Source: Rotaria sp. (taxonomy: Eukaryota). Taken from it: a stretch of DNA of 5,903 nt. Shown here one piece after another: positions 1 through 5,899 of the stretch. Both the position numbers and the translations under genes were made by a program. Numbering within the stretch: the first letter of the stretch is position 1; every line of letters begins with the position of its first letter. The notes under the pieces are model-generated. The model made no database searches, was not told the origin of the DNA, and saw nothing but the letters and a program-made list of their open reading frames with translations. The stretch spans positions 22,854-28,756 of the forward strand of contig CAJNZC010000789.1 in NCBI GenBank assembly GCA_905331515.1. Direction: 5' to 3'.

Positions 1-127
1 CGCTAGATGTTTTTGTCTTTTAGATACACTGTATTGTAGTTTGCGAGATATATGCATTTACATCTTGTGGATATTGCTGCGTGTGGATGGAGACAAGACT
101 TGCTTCACTTGTTCCTTGCTCAACATA

Positions 128-1290
128 AGAAACTGATTTGGCAAAACTTATTCGTCTTTTGCCAACGTCAAAAGTGGTATAGCAAGATGGCAGATGATAT
201 TATTATTATTTGATGGATCAATTTCAGAATAAACCTATTGAGCAACAGTCAATCTCAATGGCCGACCTCCAATAATGAAAATTACATCAAGCACAGATGA
301 TAGACATGAACAATCGACCATAGCAAACTGCAATATAAATAAATATTCATTCAGATCATTGAATGTGTTTTTATAGTGGTAGTTACTGTTGAATTGTAAG
401 TGGGAATCGCCTGTTGAAAGCGTGTAATGTCCGAAAATAGATGTTGTGCGAGAGTTGATAACTGCTTCACAGTCACCATTACACAAATTCAGTGTATCAG
501 CCTTAAGGCTAAACAACATGAAGCAGAACTTTGATAAATATAATTGAGTTTGGTAATAACTTGTTTACCGATTCAATCCAATTTGCCATGCTTGTTCACG
601 TTATTTGGTCACATTAGCATGAATGATTTCACCTTCGGAGAGTTGAGAATCAACACTACCGAAGAAAATCTCTCCGTCTCTTGGATGTTATGGATTCCTA
701 AATTAGTCTTTTTTTTGGCAATAGTGGTCACAAAAATCAATAATTCATAGGGATCAAGCCAAAATGAAACGATTGGTTGATCCATAAGTCTTTGATGCCA
801 AAGACTGACAACAAGTGGTTTCATGTGTTCTCAAGAAAGCGAATAAAATCCTAAACCTAATGAAGCAACATTTTCCAAACGATCACATATCTGCATGGGA
901 AAAATTCAATATTTACTGCAGATACCATTAGATGGAATATTGTTCGAAATACTTGAAAAAGTAATCACAACAACGTAGTGATGTCCAATAGTAAAGAATT
1001 TAGATAGTTGTCATTAGCATATTTGAAAGAGACAAAAAAAAAGAATGTTCTCACTTACCGAAACACTATCGATGCTGATAGGACTTGATATGCTTGTTCC
1101 ATCCATGTAGGTTATCGAAAGTACGTTGCCGTACCGAAGACGTCTGAAGGTTGATGATCTCAATGCATTGAATTTATCAAAAAAACACTATTTACCAGAA
1201 AAAGATAGTACAGTCCTCATCAAATATTCTGGGACGCATAAGAATCACAGTCTGAAATTTTCTCTTCTCACATCGATTAAAGTTTTTATC
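128..1290 (-). pseudogene. Pepsin-like (MEROPS A1, Pfam Asp PF00026-type) aspartic peptidase relic, copy M: 5'-truncated, catalytic motifs lost, frame-disrupted
   Basis: Minus-strand translation gives the A1 hallmark blocks in canonical order. KFQTVILMRPRIF sits where xxDTGSS should be (within 1207-1290). CFFDKFNALRSSTFRRLRYGNVLSITYMDGTSISSPISIDSVS (1059-1187) fits the family pattern C..H..FnP..SSTf...f.I.YG.GS.sG...D.V. A GTAAGT..CAG intron follows (891-1058, 168 nt, phase 0/0). ICDRLENVASLGLGFYSLS*EHMKPLVVSLWHQRLMDQPIVSFWLDPY (747-890) fits GILGLG and PvF..l..q.l...vFSFyL. GEIFFGSVDSQLSEGEIIHANVTK*REQAWQIGLN (571-675) fits GGEl.fGG.D...y.G and WQi.l. A GTAAAC..TTTAG intron follows (509-568, 60 nt, phase-consistent and restoring family spacing W-15-C). 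LKADTLNLCNGDCEAVINSRTTSIFG...FAMVDCS...VIFIIGGRPLRL (track ORF 235..519) fits C..GC.AIvDTGTS.i.GP. TFDVGKRRISFAKS (128-175) fits vFD..n.riGFA. Disruptions: in-frame TGA 831-833, TAA 601-603, TAG 235-237, and frame changes near 1188-1207, 676-746 and 176-234. Confidence 0.65.
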
Positions 1291-1460
1291 TATTTTTGTT
1301 TTTTTATGTAAAAGCGAGAAGCTTTGCGTTTGTACAATGGAAAATGAAAGCTTGACCAATAACCGTGCTTACCTTAGATAAAAATTTTAATCAATGTAAG
1401 GAAAAAAATTTTCGAACAGTTATTTTTATATGTCCCACAACTTTTGGCAAGGATTGTATA
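1207..1460. repeat. Core of an inverted duplication: arms 1207-1290 (reverse complement) and 1377-1460, separated by an 86-nt spacer, symmetry centre near 1333
   Basis: I aligned the reverse complement of 1290..1207 against 1377..1460 by hand, gapless and codon by codon. 62 of 84 nt are identical. The encoded peptides are DKNFNRCEKRKFQTVILMRPRIFDEDCT and DKNFNQCKEKNFRTVIFICPTTFGKDCI. Weaker protein-level colinearity continues outward on both sides (see the two pseudogene features). Confidence 0.75.
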
Positions 1461-2140
1461 TCACATAATTTTCTCTGAATGTGGATTTTGTCAAAATCAT
1501 TGAAAACAGAATCAAATCATACAGAAATAGATCAGCATATCATTCCGGGACTAGTTGATATGGGCTTTGCTGAACAACGAGTACGAAAAGCACTTGAATG
1601 AACGACGTTAGAAAAAAAAGAATCACATAGAAAAATATTTTTATACAAGCTTAATATTTTACTTGTTAAGAAATTATTTAGATGATCTTAGGGTCTACTC
1701 TAAAACCTTGTGAGCAAATGGCAGAGTTCGACAAGTGATCACGCAAACAATACTACCTAGCAATTACTTAAAACAAACTTATGGCTTTCGAACATCCTCC
1801 TATAGACTTACTGTTAGTCTAACAAGTGATCGATGATAATAATGAAGAAAGTCTTGAACCTAATTCAACTATGTTTTGATCTATTATGGAAAATTCAAGT
1901 ATTCAACGAGTACTTAATAATTCAAAAATATTTTTACGTAGATTCTTATGATTTATAATAATTGATGCTATATACATGAAAATTTTCTATTTCGTTATGC
2001 TTCAATTGTATGAAAATTCAAGTTTAATAACAATTTATTTAAATGATTTAGACACGAAAACTAATGATTATTATGAGAGAAATTTATTTTGTAATCCTGC
2101 AAGTCCAAATGAAAATGATACTGACTTAAATCATGTATAA
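1377..2140 (+). pseudogene. Second, more decayed and shorter pepsin-like (A1) aspartic peptidase relic, copy P, inverted relative to copy M
   Basis: One frame over 1377-1580 reads DKNFNQCKEKNFRTVIFICPTTFGKDCISHNFL*MWILSKSLKTESNHTEIDQHIIPGLVDMGFAEQR. A GTACGA..TTTAG intron-like gap follows (1581-1681, 101 nt, phase 0/0), with its donor at the same position as the 168-nt intron of copy M. A single frame over 1682-2140 then reads MILGSTLKPCEQMAEFDK*SRKQYYLAIT*NKLMAFEHPPIDLLLV*QVIDDNNEESLEPNSTMF*SIMENSSIQRVLNNSKIFLRRFL*FIIIDAIYMKIFYFVMLQLYENSSLITIYLNDLDTKTNDYYERNLFCNPASPNENDTDLNHV*. These blocks parallel copy M and the A1 pattern: TVIF, C..H.F, ILG, FD...Q, KLM....I..L, SS.I.I.L, DY....C. In-frame stops are at 1476-1478, 1736-1738, 1769-1771, 1820-1822, 1877-1879 and 1949-1951. 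No DTGTS-region counterpart is recognisable. The 3' limit is uncertain. Confidence 0.45.
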
Positions 2141-2182
2141 TATTTTGTCTTTTTTTGATTTGTTTGTCCTTTTATTTGTTAC

Positions 2183-2192
2183 TATAAATAAA
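2183..2192 (+). promoter_or_regulatory. Overlapping TATAAATA (2183-2190) and AATAAA (2187-2192): either a TATA-like element upstream of the PARP4-like gene or a poly(A)-signal remnant of relic copy P
   Basis: The motif is visible in the sequence. It lies 47 nt after the terminal TAA of copy P (2138-2140) and about 240 nt before the ATG at 2429. Such strings are common by chance in AT-rich DNA. Confidence 0.15.
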
Positions 2193-2428
2193 ATAATCGA
2201 GACACAAACCAACTACTAGGTCATAAACAAATCATTTCATTGACTTGTGCAAGAACAATATTTCTAATATGTAGTGAAAGAACAGAAAAAAAATATGCAT
2301 TAGTCATATTTTTCTCTTTTAGCAGACATATTTTCATATCCCATGTGAGTCACTGAGTGTCTTGTGTAGATTTCTATTTTTTTTCGACAAAAGATATTAA
2401 CGGTATATTCACTCTTAACATAACAACA

Positions 2429-2569
2429 ATGTCATCGTCTTTATCACCATTGAGTGGTAAAACATTTGTACTTGAACTTGCTCGAGATATTCGTTTCAAA
2501 GCTAAACAAGACCTAATCAATTACTTATATGAACAAAATGCTCGTATTTCATATAGTTTAACAGCTAGT
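2429..2569 (+). CDS. PARP4: PARP4/vault-PARP-like, exon 1 (start codon, first half of BRCT domain)
   Basis: This is the first ATG inside track ORF 2357..2584, which opens at a GTG with no homology upstream of the ATG. The peptide MSSSLSPLSGKTFVLELARDIRFKAKQDLINYLYEQNARISYSLTAS fits the BRCT pattern (L.GktFvl......k..l...i...ga.is). The exon ends at AGT|GTATGT (donor at 2570, phase 0). Confidence 0.75.
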
Positions 2570-2624
2570 GTATGTTTCAATTAATTTCATATAGTTAAAT
2601 ATAATTAAATTTATTTTTCTCTAG

Positions 2625-2832
2625 ACTGATTATGTTTTAGTTTCGAATGATATTGATACCTATAAAACTCGTCGAGCTAAACAGCTTGGTATACCATTGA
2701 TAAATGTTGAATATATTTATGAATATCGTAATTTATCTAAAGAAAATCAATCTATTGATATTAAACAATTTATTGTAACATCAGCAGAAGATAAAGAAAA
2801 TTTTTCAAAAAGTGGTACTATACCTGTCACAG
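2625..2832 (+). CDS. PARP4: PARP4-like exon 2 (second half of BRCT domain)
   Basis: The acceptor is TTTTCTCTAG| (AG 2623-2624), giving a 55-nt intron 1. The peptide is TDYVLVSNDIDTYKTRRAKQLGIPLINVEYIYEYRNLSKENQSIDIKQFIVTSAEDKENFSKSGTIPVT. It carries the BRCT motif T-hydrophobic-V......K...A...GIP-hydrophobic. The exon ends ACAG|GTTAAA (phase 1). Confidence 0.85.
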
Positions 2833-2917
2833 GTTAAAAAGAAAACAAGAAGATTTCATAGTAATTTATAAAAGTTAACTTTGTTTTTTTTTCTCATTGG
2901 TAAAGGAAGTCTTTCAG

Positions 2918-3042
2918 GTAGTACAACAAAACCTATTAAATTAGACGTATCAAAAATAAAAATTTGGAATTCTGATGATGTTGAATTACCACAATTTGAT
3001 GAATTAACATATGCTGAAATTGGCAAATGGGCAATATTTAAA
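2918..3042 (+). CDS. PARP4: PARP4-like exon 3 (linker)
   Basis: The acceptor CTTTCAG| (AG 2916-2917) restores the frame from phase 1. The peptide is GSTTKPIKLDVSKIKIWNSDDVELPQFDELTYAEIGKWAIFK. The exon ends AAA|GTAAAT (phase 0). An in-frame alternative acceptor 12 nt upstream (exon start 2906) cannot be excluded. Confidence 0.7.
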
Positions 3043-3097
3043 GTAAATATTTATTTGAAAATAAATTAGATGTTAATTTATTTTTTTTGTGAAATAG

Positions 3098-3385
3098 GAA
3101 ACAAATGAAAATTCTGATATTTATTTTGTTCTTGAACTTCAAATTATTCCTGAAGAATATAATAATCAAATGAATAATGATTATCGATTAAGATTTCGTT
3201 ATGAAAAACAAACAATAATAAATTCCAAAGGTATAATATCATTAATTCAATATGCATTTAGTAATGATATTAATGAATTACATCAATTATTTGCTTTATA
3301 TTATTATCGTATTGTAACAATGTCACGAATAATACGAATTCGAGATTTATTACCTGATAAATTAGGTTCTAAATTATTATTACGT
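3098..3385 (+). CDS. PARP4: PARP4-like exon 4 (degenerate WGR-like module)
   Basis: The acceptor is GAAATAG| (AG 3096-3097), giving a 55-nt intron 3. The peptide is ETNENSDIYFVLELQIIPEEYNNQMNNDYRLRFRYEKQTIINSKGIISLIQYAFSNDINELHQLFALYYYRIVTMSRIIRIRDLLPDKLGSKLLLR. It is in frame with track ORF 3170..3394. The exon ends CGT|GTAAGA (phase 0). Confidence 0.85.
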
Positions 3386-3452
3386 GTAAGATAAATATAA
3401 ATTTATTTCATTTTTTGATTTTTTTTCTTCGTTACTCGAAATAATTTTTTAG

Positions 3453-3590
3453 TCATTATTTTTTCATCGTATTGATACACAAATGCTTGATGATAATGTT
3501 TGTCAATTAATTGAATCTCTTTGGATTGAATCAATTGGTGATTTAAATAAAATACTTTCTGTACAACCAGAAACAATTGCTCTTAAAACA
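3453..3590 (+). CDS. PARP4: PARP4-like exon 5 (start of PARP regulatory helical domain)
   Basis: The acceptor is AATTTTTTAG| (AG 3451-3452), giving a 67-nt intron 4. The peptide SLFFHRIDTQMLDDNVCQLIESLWIESIGDLNKILSVQPETIALKT parallels the PARP4 block ..LVEMIWAEALGHL......ISL (recalled). The exon ends ACA|GTAGGA (phase 0). Confidence 0.85.
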
Positions 3591-3646
3591 GTAGGAAAAA
3601 AAAAACATATATTAAAAAATCTTAATGAATATTTTATATCTATTAG

Positions 3647-3808
3647 ATTATTGAAGCTGAAGCTGCTTTACTTGAAATTAAAGTTGATAGTAAATCATCA
3701 TCAGAAGCTGAAAATTATTTCTATTCATGTATTCCTCATCATAAATCATTTGTTATCGATCTTATAAATAATCGTCGTGCATTAATTGATAAATTAGATT
3801 TATGTCAG
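3647..3808 (+). CDS. PARP4: PARP4-like exon 6 (PARP regulatory domain)
   Basis: The acceptor is TCTATTAG| (AG 3645-3646). Intron 5 is 56 nt, which explains why the true frame differs from the tail of track ORF 3483..3767. The peptide is IIEAEAALLEIKVDSKSSSEAENYFYSCIPHHKSFVIDLINNRRALIDKLDLCQ, carrying the family motif fY..IPH. The exon ends CAG|GTAGAA (phase 0). Confidence 0.9.
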
Positions 3809-3866
3809 GTAGAATATTTTTTTATTTTCATTTCTTTTCCTAATTTTTTTTTTGTTTAAAATTAAG

Positions 3867-4027
3867 ATGTTACGTGATATGGTTACTGTAAATGAATTAA
3901 CAAATTGGAATATAAAAGCATCAATCGAAGCAAAATATCGAGCATTAAAATGTCATATAGAAACAATAAAAAATGATACACATGAATATGCAACAATTAG
4001 TAATATGATTTCTTCATCAACGAATCC
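3867..4027 (+). CDS. PARP4: PARP4-like exon 7 (end of regulatory domain)
   Basis: The acceptor is AAATTAAG| (AG 3865-3866), giving a 58-nt intron 6. The peptide MLRDMVTVNELTNWNIKASIEAKYRALKCHIETIKNDTHEYATISNMISSSTN(P) contains the AKYRAL.C.IE block shared with vertebrate PARP4. Only the donor CC|GTTTGT at 4028 (phase 2) joins in frame to exon 8. Confidence 0.8.
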
Positions 4028-4091
4028 GTTTGTATTTTTTTCCGTCATTAATTAACATAAAATGAATTTAAGAAAAGTTTTTTTTTTACAG

Positions 4092-4229
4092 AAATGAACG
4101 AGTAATTATTCATCAAATTTATAGTGTAGCTAAACAAACAGATGTACTTAATTTTCGTTCAACACTTTTTAATCAAAAACAACTTTTTCATGGATCAAAA
4201 TATAATAATTTTCTTGGTATTTTATCACG
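4092..4229 (+). CDS. PARP4: PARP4-like exon 8 (PARP catalytic domain, catalytic His)
   Basis: The acceptor is TTTTTTTACAG| (AG 4090-4091), giving a 64-nt intron 7. The peptide is (P)NERVIIHQIYSVAKQTDVLNFRSTLFNQKQLFHGSKYNNFLGILS(R). The His of the H-Y-E triad is at 4189-4191. The exon ends CG|GTAAAT (phase 2). Confidence 0.9.
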
Positions 4230-4299
4230 GTAAATTAATCGAACAACAATAAAAAAAAGAAAAATCGTTTTTTTTTATTTGAACTTTTTCTTATTTTAG

Positions 4300-4585
4300 T
4301 GGTCTTCTTTTGCCAAAAGTGGTTGTTGATGATTTAGGAATTACACGTACTGATATTGGATGTTTAGGATATGGACTTTATTTTTCCGATTCAGGTTCAA
4401 CATCATTAAAATATACAACATCAAGTATAACACGTCCTGGTCGTCGGTTATTATGTATATCTCAAGTAGCATTAGGAAAATCAGCAAAATTCTATTCATA
4501 TACACCAAATTTAATTGAACCACCTGAAAATTTTCATAGTACACATGGTGTAAAGAAGACTGATGAAAATAATTCAAAGTTTACA
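4300..4585 (+). CDS. PARP4: PARP4-like exon 9 (PARP catalytic core, catalytic Tyr)
   Basis: The acceptor is CTTATTTTAG| (AG 4298-4299), giving a 70-nt intron 8. The peptide is (R)GLLLPKVVVDDLGITRTDIGCLGYGLYFSDSGSTSLKYTTSSITRPGRRLLCISQVALGKSAKFYSYTPNLIEPPENFHSTHGVKKTDENNSKFT. The block GLLLPKVV...G..RTD.G.LG.G.YFSD..STS.KY is PARP4-specific as I recall it. The Tyr is at 4379-4381. The exon ends ACA|GTGAGA (phase 0). Confidence 0.92.
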
Positions 4586-4636
4586 GTGAGAATAAATAGA
4601 TTTTTCAATTAGATTTCTCTAATTATGTTTATTTAG

Positions 4637-4796
4637 GATGATGAATATGTTATTTATAATCTTGATCAACAACGATTACTCTATATTGTTGAACTTTCAT
4701 GGATACCACATGATAAAATGATGGATCAATCACTAACATTATTACCTATTATTCGTGATCCTTTAATAAATCAATCAAAATCTTTGTCAGATGAAG
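4637..4796 (+). CDS. PARP4: PARP4-like exon 10 (catalytic Glu, end of PARP domain, linker)
   Basis: The acceptor is TTTATTTAG| (AG 4635-4636), giving a 51-nt intron 9. The peptide is DDEYVIYNLDQQRLLYIVELSWIPHDKMMDQSLTLLPIIRDPLINQSKSLSDE. The Glu of the triad is at 4643-4645 (family pattern DDE[FY]V.Y). The exon ends GAAG|GTAATC (phase 1). Confidence 0.88.
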
Positions 4797-5408
4797 GTAA
4801 TCGGTTTTTTTTTCGAATCAAATCACAGATGAATCCTATATTCATATTGATATTTAGTTCTAGTTCTCTTCAATTAACTGTAATTGTAATATATATTAAC
4901 TACTAGATAGACGTTTATCGTCTTCCCAGGCGTAGTTCGATGATTTCAAAAACCTGGAATAGGAACTATTAAATTATCTGATAGAAACAAAAATTCTTAT
5001 ATCCATATGAAAAAATCTTCGTTTTTAAGATAAAAGATTTTAGTATACATGTATAATATTATTTTGAATCTCTATCTGATACTTTGATTCCGAATTGATC
5101 AAATCAAATATAAATTCTATTTATGAATTTTTATCAATTAAAATAAAGTAAGATTTTGATAAGCTTTAGAAAATTATTGCACAAGAAGCATGACCTATAA
5201 ATATATAGACGTGAGCAATAAAATTTATTCTATCTTGTAGAGCATTCATCCATCAAGATACTAACATATGGTGAGAAAATTTATTCTTAGAGCTGCATAT
5301 CAGAGAATATAGCTAGTTCAGATTCTGTTTCACTATTCTCTAGAATCATGTAAATTCTAAGCGGATGAATATAAGACATGCTCGCTTATTATCTCATGTT
5401 TATTTTAG
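4797..5408 (+). other. Intron 10 of the PARP4-like gene (612 nt, a size outlier)
   Basis: The donor is GTAATC at 4797 and the acceptor is TTTATTTTAG| (AG 5407-5408). Joining 4796 to 5409 rebuilds a GTG codon and keeps the frame. All three frames of the interval contain stops apart from short open stretches. Confidence 0.8.
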
Positions 5409-5548
5409 TGAATATTCCTTCCACAATTGAAGATGAAGTAATTCAAGTAGTAGAACAAGATTATGGTTTAATTTGTCCATCATCAGGTCAACTTATTCCA
5501 CTTAAATCTTTTCATATTCGTGCTCAACTTATTGATGTTACTGCTGAA
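5409..5548 (+). CDS. PARP4: PARP4-like exon 11 (linker and start of VIT domain)
   Basis: The peptide is (V)NIPSTIEDEVIQVVEQDYGLICPSSGQLIPLKSFHIRAQLIDVTAE. It is in frame with track ORF 5378..5593, whose upstream part is intron. The exon ends GAA|GTAAAT (phase 0). Confidence 0.85.
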
Positions 5549-5593
5549 GTAAATTTAAAAAAAAGAAATGAAATTCTTTATAAATTACTTTAG

Positions 5594-5899
5594 GTTGTTC
5601 TTTATCAAGTTTATTATAATACAAGTTCAATTCCAATTGAAGCTAAATATGTCTTTCCTCTTGATGAAAATTCTTCTGTTTGTGGTTTTGAAGCTTATAT
5701 TAATAATAAAATAATTAAAGGTGTTGTTAAAGAAAAAGAACAAGCTAAACGTGAATATCGTGAAGCTATTGAAAAAGGTCATGGTGCATATTTAATGCAT
5801 CAAGAACAACCTGAAATATTTAGTGTATCTGTTGGTAATTTACCAGCTAATTGTGAAGTGATAATTAAAATAACATATGTTGCTGAATTATCTATTTGA
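5594..5899 (+). CDS. PARP4: PARP4-like exon 12 (VIT domain), ending in an in-frame TGA at 5897-5899 near the window edge
   Basis: The acceptor is TTACTTTAG| (AG 5592-5593), giving a 45-nt intron 11. The peptide is VVLYQVYYNTSSIPIEAKYVFPLDENSSVCGFEAYINNKIIKGVVKEKEQAKREYREAIEKGHGAYLMHQEQPEIFSVSVGNLPANCEVIIKITYVAELSI*. This is a near block-for-block match to the VIT region of vertebrate PARP4 as I recall it (IEAKY.FPLD...VCGFEA.IN.K.I.G..KEKE.A..EY.EA...GHGAYLM.Q..P..F.VSVGN.P......IKITY..ELSI). The exon is absent from the ORF track because it has no early start codon. It is uncertain whether the TGA is the real terminus. Confidence 0.8.
   Translation, partial: VVLYQVYYNTSSIPIEAKYVFPLDENSSVCGFEAYINNKIIKGVVKEKEQAKREYREAIEKGHGAYLMHQEQPEIFSVSVGNLPANCEVIIKITYVAELSI

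Noticed and set aside
544-750. Track ORF on the plus strand (68 aa).
   Set aside because: It is antisense to the recognisable A1 peptidase blocks of copy M, starts at a TTG, and has no family resemblance.
1126-1311. Track ORF on the plus strand (61 aa).
   Set aside because: It is antisense to the SSTF...ITYMDGTS block of copy M, starts at a TTG and has no family resemblance.
1530-1601. A UBA-domain-like peptide, DQHIIPGLVDMGFAEQRVRKALE, with LMAFEHPPIDLL further downstream resembling the W-L-M-x-H-x-DDPDID tail of UBXN1/USP5-type UBA domains.
   Set aside because: The motif stops at a TGA. The supposed third helix is in another frame and has wrong spacing. The whole segment is colinear with copy M of the aspartic peptidase relic (PGLVDMGF versus PISIDSVS, the same intron position, and KLMAFEHPPIDLL versus RLMDQPIVSFWL). 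The UBA resemblance is coincidental.
1883-2026. Direct repeat TATG(G)AAAATTCAAGT at about 1884-1900 and about 2009-2024, both encoding ENSS in the same frame.
   Set aside because: Only about 16 nt match, with an indel, and the flanks do not align. Exact matches of 12-16 nt are expected by chance among all position pairs in an AT-rich 6-kb window.
3591-3767. The leucine/lysine repeat LKLKLLYLKLKLIVNHH at the tail of track ORF 3483..3767 (coiled-coil or zipper-like).
   Set aside because: It arises from reading through the 56-nt intron 5 into the wrong frame of exon 6. The correct frame gives the conserved FY..IPH regulatory-domain block.
4341-4577. Track ORF on the minus strand (78 aa).
   Set aside because: It is fully antisense to PARP catalytic exon 9, which has unmistakable homology on the plus strand. 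The peptide is low-complexity.
4934-4988. Box C/D snoRNA-like signals in intron 10: CGATGA (4938-4943), CTGA (4978-4981), and a GTTC/GAAC flanking stem.
   Set aside because: The C box is imperfect. The spacing (about 35 nt between boxes, about 55 nt total) is too short for a typical C/D snoRNA. The terminal stem is only 4 bp, so the signals are compatible with chance.
5302-5341. An 8-bp inverted repeat, AGAGAATA ... TATTCTCT, in intron 10.
   Set aside because: It is too short to be meaningful in AT-rich sequence, and no extended stem or flanking target-site duplication suggests a MITE.
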